Assembly (NCBI GenBank): GCA_012103255.1 | Contig: WLXD01000003.1 | Coordinates: 14,576-78,575 of the forward strand | DNA from: Acidobacteriota bacterium | Lineage (GTDB): Bacteria; Acidobacteriota; UBA890; WLXD01 | Reading direction: 5' to 3' | Length of the DNA stretch: 64,000 nt | Shown here: in pieces, positions 47,437-56,415 of the stretch | Layout: every line of letters begins with the position of its first letter | Position numbering within the stretch: position 1 is the first letter of the stretch | Notes under the pieces: model-generated | What the model was told of the DNA's origin: nothing | Database searches by the model: none | The model's input: the letters and a program-made list of their open reading frames with translations, nothing else | Position numbers and translations under genes: made by a program

Positions 47437-47777
47437 GCGCGTTCATCCCAACTGAAGTCCAAGACTCGGTCCACCGCTTCCACCGAGGCGCGCCACCGCG
47501 CGCGCTCGATATCCAGCTGAGACTTCCCAGCGCCCGTTAGCTCGTAGTAACGGGCCCGACGGTTGTTTGGCGTCCGCTGCCAGTCGGCCCGAATCCAGCC
47601 TCGTGACTTGAGTCGCTGCAACGCTGGGTAGAGCGATCCATCGTTCACGTCGAAGGCGGCCGCGGACATCTCACGCAACCGCTCAGCGATGCCCCAGCCA
47701 TGCATCGGCTCGATGGCCAACGTCCGCATGACGAGGAGGTCAAGTGTCCCCTTCAGAATCTCGTGTGTTCCGGTCAT
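47433..47777 (-). CDS. PadR-family transcriptional regulator
   Basis: ILKGTLDLLVMRTLAIEPMHGWGIAERL...GSLYPALQRLKSRGWI. ATG at 47777 follows GGAG. Confidence 0.85.
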   Translation of the reverse strand: MTGTHEILKGTLDLLVMRTLAIEPMHGWGIAERLREMSAAAFDVNDGSLYPALQRLKSRGWIRADWQRTPNNRRARYYELTGAGKSQLDIERARWRASVEAVDRVLDFSWDERA

Positions 47778-47943
47778 CTCCACTCCCCTAGAATTACTAG
47801 AGAAGTAGAACAAATCTTCCCTAGAAGTTCAAGGGAAAGAACGATCGCACCGCACGGATGGTTGCGTCCCGGGACAAACCGACACTGACATCCTGTTCGC
47901 AGCGCGCTCACAACCGGGTCGGAAATGTGGTGAAACCCTTTAC

Positions 47944-47974
47944 TGTTGTCACCGTACATATATGTTAGACAACA
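47944..47974. promoter_or_regulatory. inverted repeat TGTTGTC-N17-GACAACA enclosing palindrome ACATATATGT; candidate PadR operator/promoter
   Basis: Read from the sequence, 32 nt upstream of the ATG at 48006, in the most AT-rich stretch of the window. TTTACT and TATGTT (16-nt spacing) resemble -35 and -10 boxes. Confidence 0.4.
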
Positions 47975-48005
47975 ATTATTAATTTCCCGCACCGAAGATG
48001 GTCCC

Positions 48006-48371
48006 ATGGCACCGTCCGACGAAGCGTCTAGCCACTTGCCGCTCAGCGAGCGTGACTTCCGTGTCCTGTTTGCTCTGCTGGACGCGCCCCTGCATGGCTA
48101 CGGGCTGGTAAAGGCCATCCGTGAGCACTCGGAGGGCACGGTCATCGTGGACCCCGCGAATCTGTACCGCGGCATGCAGCGAATGATCGACGAGGGGCTT
48201 GTTCGTGACGGTGAACGCAGACCGGCACCGGACTCGGCACGGATCCGGCGGTACTACGAACTAACTGATCTGGGCCGACAGGTGTTGAGCGCTGATGCAG
48301 AACGCATGCGTTCGCTGGTCTCTGCGGCGTCGCAGAAGGACCTGATTCCGCCAACCGGAGAGTCACGATGA
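48006..48371 (+). CDS. PadR-family transcriptional regulator
   Basis: LSERDFRVLFALLDAPLHGYGLVKAIRE...NLYRGMQRMIDEGLV. ATG at 48006. Confidence 0.85.
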   Translation: MAPSDEASSHLPLSERDFRVLFALLDAPLHGYGLVKAIREHSEGTVIVDPANLYRGMQRMIDEGLVRDGERRPAPDSARIRRYYELTDLGRQVLSADAERMRSLVSAASQKDLIPPTGESR

Positions 48372-51055
48372 ACCGGCACGAGGCGGAACTCGTTGTCCCG
48401 CGCGCGGCCCGCCGACTCTTCGCGGTCGGTGTCTGGACTCTCCCCCCTCGCCTGCGATCGTTGCGCGGCGAAGACATGCGTGAACTCTTCGAAGATCTGT
48501 TCCGGGAGGCCGCGGGGCGCTCGCGCCTGGCAGCAACCCGCTTCGCCCTCGTGGCGACTGTACGTGCCGTGGCCGCCGGAATCCGGGCGCGTTTCACAGG
48601 AAAGGAGGGGCCGGAGCGACAGGTCCCCGGTGGGGCCGCCCCCGGCGCCGGGTGGGGCAAGGACATTGCCTACGCGTTGCGCGGGATCCGACGGGACCCA
48701 GGCTTTGCTGTAGTGGTGATCCTCACTCTTGGCCTCGCGATCGGCGTGAACTCGACGATCTTTTCGTTGGGCCGAACCATGATCTTCATCCCGATTCCCT
48801 TTGCGGATCAGGCATCGCTGATCGCGATTCGCGCGGACAATCCGAGCCGCAACATCTTCCGCGCCGGCGTATCCGCGCCCGACTTGCTCGATATCGCCGA
48901 ACAGGTCGACTCGGTTGCCGGGGTAGCTGCCTTCGACCGCGACGTCACCACGCTGGACGCGGACGGCGGGGTGACCCGGGTTGCCACGATGGTGATCAAC
49001 GAGGACTTCTTCGCCGTCACGGGACTGCCGCTGCACGCCGGGCGCACCTTCCTCGCCGAGGAGCATGCCTCCGAAGCGGCCGTCGTACTGCTCTCACATG
49101 GGGCCTGGGAACGCCGATTCGGCGGCGAACCGATGGTCGGCAGCACCGTTCAGGTAGCCGGCTCTCCACATGTGGTCGTCGGAATTGTGGCCCCCGAAGT
49201 CAGTCGTGGATGGCTGCGAAGCGTCGAATTGTGGCGTCCCCTCCGAATCGCCGCCGAAAGCGATCGAGCGAATCGCAACCTGTCGGTATTCGCTCGGCTC
49301 GCTCCTGGCGCCACGCTCGAGCGGGCCGCTTTGGAAACCGAGGGGGTCGCTGAGATCTTGAGCCGCGAGCACCCCGCCTCCAACGACGGCTGGCGCATGA
49401 CAGCTCTCTCCCTGCAGGCAGCTCTCGTCGGCCCGAACGCCCTCGTGGCCCTCTCCCTGATGGCCATGGCGGTGGTCTTCGTCTTGCTCATTGCATGCGT
49501 CAACGTCGCAAACCTGACGATGGCGCGGGGCGCTGTGCGCGATCGGGAAATCGCGGTACGCATGGCGATGGGCGCCAGTCGCACGCGGGTAGTCCGGCAA
49601 CTCCTGGTGGAGGGCGCGATGCTCGCAAGTCTGGCCGCCGGAACCGGACTTCTGGTAGCACGAGGAACGTTTCTCTGGCTGGTTGCCGTTACGCGCGGCC
49701 GCGCGGAGTTGTTCCTGGAGCTGCGGATCGACCCTGCCATGACGATATTCGCTGCAGCTCTCGCGCTCGCCACACCACTCGTCTTCGCCCTACTTCCCGC
49801 GCTACGCGGTTCGCGGAGCGACCTGCGCGCCCGGTTGGGCGAGGGCGTGCGCGGCCAGTCGTCCGGGCCGCGGCAGCGTCGCCTGCGCGACCTCCTGGTG
49901 GTAGGCCAGGTCACCCTGGCGCTCACTCTACTAATCGTCTCGAGTCTGGCCGTGCGGAGCGTAATCGCGCTCGTGAGCATCGAGCCTGGCTTCGATCCCA
50001 GCTCGACGTTGACCATGTGGCTGGACACTCGGGATACCGACTCGGCCGCGGAAGATTCCGAGCTTCGCGCGCTACATACCGAGATCGTCCGGGCGGCAGG
50101 TGACGTGCCGGGAGTGGATTCCGCTGCGGTTGTGAGCCGCCGCCCCTTCATCGGAGGACAGGAGCGTGTGGCCTACCTGATCGATGGAATGCCTGAGCCG
50201 ACGGAAGCCGACACACCGCGTTCAACACTCACCCGCGTGAGTTCTGGATTCCTCGACGTTACCCGGGTGCCTCTTGAGTCCGGGCGTGCGATTGAATTGA
50301 ACGACGACTCGCTGTCCCTGCCGGTCGTGGTTGTAAATCGGGCGGCGCGCGAGCGCTACTGGAGCGGCCGCGACCCCGTTGGCGATGTGATCCGCGTCAA
50401 CCGAGAAGCTTGGCCGGCCCTCAGGGTCGTTGGCGTGGTTGGCGACTTGCGCAATCCGGACGCCGACCAACCGCCGGAACCCGCGCTCTACGTGAGCTTG
50501 GATCAGTTTCCGGTGCCGAACTTTGCGTTGATGACGCGAGTCCGTTCCAATGCCGAGGATCATCGCAATGCAATCGTCGCTGCAGTGCGCGGCGGCGCCC
50601 CGGGTATCCCGGTGGAGGACGTGCGCACCATGGAGCAGGTGCTCCACGATGACCTCTCGGGCGACATGGCCATCATCTCGCTGTTCACGTTCTTCGCGCT
50701 CGTCGCTCTCGGTCTGGCCACGGTGGGCATCTACAGCGTCATTGCCTACACCGTGAACGGCCGTCTGCGCGAGATCGGCATACGTATGGCCCTGGGCGCC
50801 CGCACGCCGGACGTTCGTCGGATGGTGCTGCGCCAGGGCTTGATGCCGGTGGGCATCGGCATCGCCTTCGGCCTCACCGCGGCAGCGGGGATCTCTCAAC
50901 TGATCACGGGAGCGCTCTACGGAGTAACTCCGACCGACCCGGTGACGTTCATAGGCGCCCCTTCGCTATTCGTAGCCGTGGCGATCCTCGCCTGTCTCCT
51001 ACCTGCCCGTCGGGCAGCGGGTGTCGACCCGGTGGAGTCCCTGCGCAACGAGTGA
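48368..51055 (+). CDS. ADOP-type duplicated MacB-like/FtsX permease
   Basis: ATGA overlap with the PadR gene. 895 aa, two FtsX modules. Ends ...VDPVESLRNE. Confidence 0.85.
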   Translation: MNRHEAELVVPRAARRLFAVGVWTLPPRLRSLRGEDMRELFEDLFREAAGRSRLAATRFALVATVRAVAAGIRARFTGKEGPERQVPGGAAPGAGWGKDIAYALRGIRRDPGFAVVVILTLGLAIGVNSTIFSLGRTMIFIPIPFADQASLIAIRADNPSRNIFRAGVSAPDLLDIAEQVDSVAGVAAFDRDVTTLDADGGVTRVATMVINEDFFAVTGLPLHAGRTFLAEEHASEAAVVLLSHGAWERRFGGEPMVGSTVQVAGSPHVVVGIVAPEVSRGWLRSVELWRPLRIAAESDRANRNLSVFARLAPGATLERAALETEGVAEILSREHPASNDGWRMTALSLQAALVGPNALVALSLMAMAVVFVLLIACVNVANLTMARGAVRDREIAVRMAMGASRTRVVRQLLVEGAMLASLAAGTGLLVARGTFLWLVAVTRGRAELFLELRIDPAMTIFAAALALATPLVFALLPALRGSRSDLRARLGEGVRGQSSGPRQRRLRDLLVVGQVTLALTLLIVSSLAVRSVIALVSIEPGFDPSSTLTMWLDTRDTDSAAEDSELRALHTEIVRAAGDVPGVDSAAVVSRRPFIGGQERVAYLIDGMPEPTEADTPRSTLTRVSSGFLDVTRVPLESGRAIELNDDSLSLPVVVVNRAARERYWSGRDPVGDVIRVNREAWPALRVVGVVGDLRNPDADQPPEPALYVSLDQFPVPNFALMTRVRSNAEDHRNAIVAAVRGGAPGIPVEDVRTMEQVLHDDLSGDMAIISLFTFFALVALGLATVGIYSVIAYTVNGRLREIGIRMALGARTPDVRRMVLRQGLMPVGIGIAFGLTAAAGISQLITGALYGVTPTDPVTFIGAPSLFVAVAILACLLPARRAAGVDPVESLRNE

Positions 51056-52153
51056 CTATTCGCGATCCGTTCGATGCCACACGTAGCTGCGGCGCGGCTG
51101 CCATTCGCCGTCGACATAGTTGAACGACTGGCCGTCCTGGACATCGTCGGAGTCAACGGATCGATGGCGCACCATCGAACTTGACCCGTCTGGAGCGAAG
51201 AACGTCTGGTCGATCTGAGTCACGCCATCGGCATCGACCGTGATGTGCCCCGTCCCGTAGGCGCCCGTCGCGCCGAACTGTTCGGCCCTGAGCCGGCGCT
51301 CCTGTGGGTGCCAGAAGGTGTGGAATTCCCAATACGTGCTGGTCTCGCGGCCATCGCGAAGGCCGAACAGGCGACCCCGTACTCCGCGCTCGCCGATCGT
51401 AGAGGTCCACTCCATCCCATACTCATCGTCCGTCTCCTGAGGACCGGTGTATGCGGCATTGCTCGTGATCCATCGCCCGCCATCGCGCACCAGTTCTTCG
51501 AGGTGTGTCCTCGCCCACCCCGGCATTGCCGCACTCGCGCCGGAAAGGCGCGACCACGGGTACTCGTCCATGCCGAGCTGCGGGTGCGGGTTCTCCCAGC
51601 GACCTGTCTCGCGTTCGATCACGAACGTACCGACTAGCCCGACGTCATCCGGCCGCAGCGTTCGGCGAAAGTTGAGTGTGTGGCCGCCGGCGCCCGCGGT
51701 GCCGGCGCCGAACGGCATCGGGATGCCCGCGGCGTAGTGAACGGCCATGTGGAGTCGCACTGCCCCACTGGCAAGAACCTCCACGTACCCGGTTTCCAGC
51801 ATGTCACTCCCCGAACTGGCGTAGGTGCCGTAGAACTCGATGCGTTCGTCGATCGGGTCCCACACGAAAACGGTCTCGTGCTCGGGCACAAGTCCTCCGT
51901 CGGGCGCGGGCTGGTAGCCGGTCATGTTGAGGTAGGCGCGATCGGGCCCCCAGTCGAACGTCATCGACGGAGCCGCTCGATCCGGGCCGTGCGGCAGGAA
52001 CTCGCCCTGCCACGTACCAACCAACCAGCCCAGCGCATCGAGAGGACCATCGGACGTCGCCGAGATCGGGATCGCAAACGCTACGACGCCCGCCACCACG
52101 ACAAGTGCGGGCCAACCGAGTTCGACACGGGCCTGCCTGCGATGCGTGTCCAT
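51056..52153 (-). CDS. hypothetical membrane-anchored/exported protein, possibly two repeated beta-barrel-like halves
   Basis: ATG at 52153 gives MDTHRRQARVELGWPALVVVAGVVAFAI (TM). GWLVGTWQGE-type motif. FVWDPIDERIEFYGTYASSG in half 1 resembles FWHPQERRLRAEQFGATG in half 2. Confidence 0.5.
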   Translation of the reverse strand: MDTHRRQARVELGWPALVVVAGVVAFAIPISATSDGPLDALGWLVGTWQGEFLPHGPDRAAPSMTFDWGPDRAYLNMTGYQPAPDGGLVPEHETVFVWDPIDERIEFYGTYASSGSDMLETGYVEVLASGAVRLHMAVHYAAGIPMPFGAGTAGAGGHTLNFRRTLRPDDVGLVGTFVIERETGRWENPHPQLGMDEYPWSRLSGASAAMPGWARTHLEELVRDGGRWITSNAAYTGPQETDDEYGMEWTSTIGERGVRGRLFGLRDGRETSTYWEFHTFWHPQERRLRAEQFGATGAYGTGHITVDADGVTQIDQTFFAPDGSSSMVRHRSVDSDDVQDGQSFNYVDGEWQPRRSYVWHRTDRE

Positions 52154-52240
52154 TCCACTGTACTCCTGGCTGTTGGAAGCGGTCGAAATTGATCGAGACC
52201 GAACGTAGAGGCCAAACACCGACTGCGTCCATCGATCGGA

Positions 52241-52260
52241 TCTGAACTGTTTCTGAACTG
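52241..52260 (+). promoter_or_regulatory. direct repeat TCTGAACTG x2 with 11-bp phasing upstream of a wHTH regulator gene
   Basis: TCTGAACTG at 52241-52249 and 52252-52260, 60-80 nt upstream of the ATG at 52320. Confidence 0.35.
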
Positions 52261-52319
52261 CGTGTCACACCCCTCAAACACCCCGGAATTCAGGCTCGAG
52301 CCCGTGGTAGCTTGATCGA

Positions 52320-53699
52320 ATGGCACGAACAACGGTTCGGTTCGGTGAGTTCCAATGGGATGCGCGGACACGACAACTCCGCGGTCCCCGCGGCTGCGTG
52401 ACGCTGCAGGACAAGCCCAATGCGCTGCTTGGCGCGCTCATTGCCGACGCTGGGAGCGCGGTCTCGCGCAGGGCACTGCATGACTCTCTCTGGCCGGCCG
52501 ACGTGCACGTCGAGCGCGACGCCGGCCTCAATACCGCGGTGCGCAAACTCCGCGCTGCCTTTCGCGAAGTGGGATCGAACGACGCGGACCCCATCGAAAC
52601 GATTCCACGCCTCGGCTACCAACTCTGCGAAACGGTGGACGAGCAATCCGGTGGCTCACGTTGGCGCGTCGGGTGGTTCGCGGCCGCTGCTGTGGCCTCC
52701 CTGTTGATTGCGGTAGCGATCGTTGGCCAAGGCGCGCGTCAACGGCCGATCGCGACGTCGCTGGATGCCGCCGCACTGGAGGCCGCCGACCGGACTCGGT
52801 ACACCGAAGCCCGAGCTCTCATGCATCAGGGAGACAACCTGGAGCACGCCGCGGAGCTCCTGGGTGCCGTGACGGCCAACGCTCCCCGATTCGCGTCCGC
52901 TCACGCCTTCCGCGCGGAGGCCCTCGCCCTGCTGGCTTTCCGAGGCGCTGGTCCTGCGTTCAAGACCGACGCACGCGCTGCCGACCGGGCTGCCCTAGAC
53001 CTGGACTCCGACGAGTTCGTCGCCGAGCGTGCCCTGGCCCTGCTCGAGATCCACTTCGATCGACGCTTCGCATCGGCGCGGGCGCGGCTCGATCGGGCGC
53101 TCCGTTTGAGCCCTGGGGACCCCGTGAATCACATCGCTATGGCCAACCTGCTGTCGATACAAGGTGTGCATGACGCGGCTGTGAATCACGCACGCCGGGC
53201 GATCAATCTGGCCCCTGAAACAATGACCGTTCGAGCGGACGCGGGCTACTTCCTGCTGCGCGCCGCCCGCTTCAACGAGGCCGCGACAGAATGCGCACTC
53301 GTCCTCCGATTGGCGCCGGGCGACGACTTCGGGCACCGCTGCTTGGCCCGCGTCTCCAACGAACTCGGCGACGCAACCAGGGTGCGTGAGCACGCGATGG
53401 CTGTCCTGAACGCCGAGGGTGCGAGCGCGGCGGCGGTTAGAACGATCCGGGACGCCGACCACCCCTACGAGCGATTTGTCCGTTGGAATCTCGAACGCAT
53501 GCTGAACGACCCCACCAAGCCAGCCATCGACATCGCTACCGCCTACGCGGAACTGGGAGATCTGGAGGAAGCGGCAATCTGGCTCGACCAGGCGTTCCGC
53601 GTCGCCGGGCCGATGTTGGTGTACGCCTTCGAAGAACCCCGTCTGCGATCGCTGATCAACAGCGAGAACTCCGGAGCTGTTCTGCGACCGAGTGCGTAG
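52320..53699 (+). CDS. membrane-anchored ToxR/CadC-like winged-helix regulator with extracytoplasmic TPR domain
   Basis: FGEFQWDARTRQLRG...LQDKPNALLGALIADAGSAVSRRALHDSLWP...ETIPRLGYQL, TM WFAAAAVASLLIAVAIVG, then TPR-like repeats. Confidence 0.7.
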   Translation: MARTTVRFGEFQWDARTRQLRGPRGCVTLQDKPNALLGALIADAGSAVSRRALHDSLWPADVHVERDAGLNTAVRKLRAAFREVGSNDADPIETIPRLGYQLCETVDEQSGGSRWRVGWFAAAAVASLLIAVAIVGQGARQRPIATSLDAAALEAADRTRYTEARALMHQGDNLEHAAELLGAVTANAPRFASAHAFRAEALALLAFRGAGPAFKTDARAADRAALDLDSDEFVAERALALLEIHFDRRFASARARLDRALRLSPGDPVNHIAMANLLSIQGVHDAAVNHARRAINLAPETMTVRADAGYFLLRAARFNEAATECALVLRLAPGDDFGHRCLARVSNELGDATRVREHAMAVLNAEGASAAAVRTIRDADHPYERFVRWNLERMLNDPTKPAIDIATAYAELGDLEEAAIWLDQAFRVAGPMLVYAFEEPRLRSLINSENSGAVLRPSA

Positions 53700-53716
53700 C
53701 GCGCTGGCGGTGCCCC

Positions 53717-54172
53717 TCAGGCGCGATCGAGACCTGACGAGATCCTGAATACGTGCCCGTCGGGATGCATGATGCGGCACTCCCGCACGCCCCAGGGTTC
53801 GTCCGTCGGGGGCAGGGTCACGACGACACCCTGCTCCACCGCCCGCTGGTGGGCCGCGTCGACGTCGGCTGGCGTATCGAGCCACCAACTCATCCACATC
53901 CCGGCAGCCCCGTCATCGGAGGGCGGATCCGCGGCCGGGGCCGCACCGCGTTGCCCCTGTCCGTCCTGACACATGAACAGAGTCGTACTCCCGGATCTGA
54001 TGCCGCCGAAGTCGGCCTGCCCGTGCTGGTTCGAATCTCCAGCCCCCTCGATCATCCCGCCATCGTTCCAGGTAAAACTGCGCTCCCAGCCGAGGCCCTC
54101 GAACCAGGCGATGCTCTCCGGCACGCTGGCGACGTTCAGCACAGGCGTTACGTGATCGACTTTCATTCTCAA
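53717..54172 (-). CDS. VOC/glyoxalase/bleomycin-resistance family protein
   Basis: VTPVLNVASVPESIAWFEGLGWE...PWGVRECRIMHPDGHVFR is a typical VOC-fold pattern. Confidence 0.65.
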   Translation of the reverse strand: MRMKVDHVTPVLNVASVPESIAWFEGLGWERSFTWNDGGMIEGAGDSNQHGQADFGGIRSGSTTLFMCQDGQGQRGAAPAADPPSDDGAAGMWMSWWLDTPADVDAAHQRAVEQGVVVTLPPTDEPWGVRECRIMHPDGHVFRISSGLDRA

Positions 54173-54325
54173 TCTCCGGCGAATCGCTCTTGATCGGTGG
54201 GCACAGAACTCGGCCCAGATTCAATCATTCTCCTGGGGATCGGGCCGCACGCTCCGCAATGGACAAATATTCGACACTTGTGAGGATCTTGTTCCGTAGT
54301 ACACGGAACTTCCTTCTCCCCCGAA

Positions 54326-54784
54326 ATGGTCCGGCTGCACATGCGACTTCCCACGTTCACGCTCGTTGTCCTTGCCCTCGTCGCCGCGCAGCCCACGGCG
54401 CCCACACAGCTTGACGCTGGAACCGAGAGCCGAGCGCTCGCGGCTCACATCGAAGACACCTACCCGCAGTTCCTCGAGGACTACATCCATGTGTTCCTCG
54501 GGCACATCACCTGTCAGTACGCCTTCATCGACGAGAACGTCTTGAATGCGCTCGCAGACGACACGCTGCGGGCGATGACCGCCAAGGGAGCGGGGCTGAT
54601 CCGGGAGCAACATCCCGAGGACGTCAGCGAACTGTCCGACGCTGCGGTGCACTACGCCGCCTCGATGGCCGTCCTCACCACGATGGAGATGTGGTCAAAC
54701 TCGGTCACCGCCGGTATCAGCCCAACATACGAAGCACCGAGCTTCGACTGCGCGGCGTCCGTGCGCGACAACCAGCGGAGGTAA
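54326..54784 (+). CDS. exported hypothetical protein
   Basis: Signal MVRLHMRLPTFTLVVLALVAAQP. No recognisable domain. The antisense ORF 54221..54652 looks non-protein-like. Confidence 0.4.
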   Translation: MVRLHMRLPTFTLVVLALVAAQPTAPTQLDAGTESRALAAHIEDTYPQFLEDYIHVFLGHITCQYAFIDENVLNALADDTLRAMTAKGAGLIREQHPEDVSELSDAAVHYAASMAVLTTMEMWSNSVTAGISPTYEAPSFDCAASVRDNQRR

Positions 54785-54918
54785 CAAGCTCTGCAGGGTG
54801 TTGAACGGCCCTAGCGGCAGCTCCGCACCGTGGTGGCCTCAGAGGCGCAGTTTCATACCCTCGTGCGAGCCTACGAAGCCGAGAGCCTCGTAGAGCCGTC
54901 GGGCACGCGGGCGCGTGC

Positions 54919-55812
54919 TCACCGGTCTGGGTTTCGGATAGGCACCTTCACGTTGCACAGCTCGACCCGGCCTGCGCGATGCGCGTACCACTCGTTCGCC
55001 GGAGAGCGACGGGCGCTGATGAAGTCCCGGAAGGAGTCGGAGTCGGTCCGCATCACCTCGAGATCGAGACGATTCGCGGCCGGCAGGTCGCTCCCGACTT
55101 TGGCTGACAGAACCGGTACCGGGTCGTTTTCGCCCTCGTAGAAGCCAAGATTGCCGGTGCCACGGGACAGCGTGGTCAACTGCTCCATCCCTGCAACTAC
55201 CCGGCCCACCATTGACGAGTTGCGATCGAGGTGCCGCGGAGAATGCCCGGTGACCGCAGCCAGAGATGCCGCGCTGCCCGAGTTCGGGTCAACGCCGCGC
55301 GCGACGGCAACCGATCCATAGCAATGCGCAATCCAGGAAGTTCCCGTGGCCGGATCGTGCCCAATCGGGAACCCGCGCGAGAATCCGACCTGCGGAGCGT
55401 AGATATCGCCATCTTGCAATGGCGCGAACGGGGCACTCGCTGCTGGGAACGAGAACTCCGCAGGGAGAGTTTCCGCGACGCCAGCCGGTGACGCCTCCCC
55501 GACACGGATTCTCCATTGAGCCACGTAGTTGTCCTGGGAACGCACAACGGCCCCACCATCGAACATCCCGGCACGCACCATTGCCTTCAAGTTCTCGACA
55601 TGCGCTGGCGCCGACCACGGTGCCAACTCCATGACGAAACGACCCTCCGGGAGGGCGAAATAGACCGTGTTCTCGGGTTCGAGCTGTCGCCAGGCCGCAT
55701 CGGGCGCGGCGGCGACCACGTCGGCCGAGCTTCGTCCTGCGTTGGGCTCCTGGCCAGCGACGATCCCAGCGGACGAGAGCAGGACCACCAACGTGACCAG
55801 TCGCCGGTTCAC
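54919..55812 (-). CDS. exported cyclophilin-type peptidyl-prolyl cis-trans isomerase
   Basis: GTG at 55812 overlaps the upstream stop (GTGA). Signal VNRRLVTLVVLLSSAGIVAG. FVMELAPWSAPAHVENLKAMVRAGMFDG...GSVAVARGVDPNSGSA...MVGRVVAGMEQL. The 543-aa ORF-track version is rejected. Confidence 0.7.
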   Translation of the reverse strand: MNRRLVTLVVLLSSAGIVAGQEPNAGRSSADVVAAAPDAAWRQLEPENTVYFALPEGRFVMELAPWSAPAHVENLKAMVRAGMFDGGAVVRSQDNYVAQWRIRVGEASPAGVAETLPAEFSFPAASAPFAPLQDGDIYAPQVGFSRGFPIGHDPATGTSWIAHCYGSVAVARGVDPNSGSAASLAAVTGHSPRHLDRNSSMVGRVVAGMEQLTTLSRGTGNLGFYEGENDPVPVLSAKVGSDLPAANRLDLEVMRTDSDSFRDFISARRSPANEWYAHRAGRVELCNVKVPIRNPDR

Positions 55813-56234
55813 GATGCGATCCAGCCCTCGCGTACGGCCCGCCGTCCGAGCACTACCAGCGCGATCCCGACGATCAGCACCATGCCCTGGAGGCCGTAGG
55901 CGGCACCACCGGCCTGCGCAGCGGCATCGGTGAGCACAAACAAGTTCAGGTCCTGGACGACGATACCGACCAGCGACGCGATCAGCGCAGGATTGGCCCA
56001 ACTCTTCTTGAGCAAGAGCCCGATGCAACCGAGGGCTCCGCCCCAAACGGCGATCGCTGTCGCTGAAACTGCCCATATCGGTCGCGCTTCGTAGATCGCT
56101 CGCTGTGCATCGGGCATAGCCGCAAGGGCGTCCGCCGAAAGCATCACATCCGACAGATACGCGAAACAGCCGAGCAGATTCCACAGCAACGCGACTACAA
56201 CTACGGGCATGTACCACTTCGGGGTTGCGGTCAT
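55809..56234 (-). CDS. small integral membrane protein (4 TM), unknown function
   Basis: MTATPKWYMPVVVVALLWNLLGCFAYL... with four hydrophobic spans. Translationally coupled to the PPIase gene. Confidence 0.55.
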   Translation of the reverse strand: MTATPKWYMPVVVVALLWNLLGCFAYLSDVMLSADALAAMPDAQRAIYEARPIWAVSATAIAVWGGALGCIGLLLKKSWANPALIASLVGIVVQDLNLFVLTDAAAQAGGAAYGLQGMVLIVGIALVVLGRRAVREGWIAS

Positions 56235-56415
56235 GAGGTGCCCTCCGATGGGTTCGGTTCAATCGTGACAGGAGTCCGCCGCCTCGCGGCCGGCGCGCCG
56301 CAATACTGTCCGAGTTCCATCGCAGCGTCCAGCGGGGGAAGCCCCTCGGCAGATCACGCGGTCGCACCCTGCGCGGTACCCTCCCCGTGGGGAACGCACG
56401 TGGGAGATTCGGGCA

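Noticed and set aside
49150-50899. ORFs 49150..50151 (-) and 50222..50899 (-) inside the ADOP gene 48368..51055
   Set aside because: Shadow frames; the plus-strand frame encodes the complete duplicated FtsX architecture.
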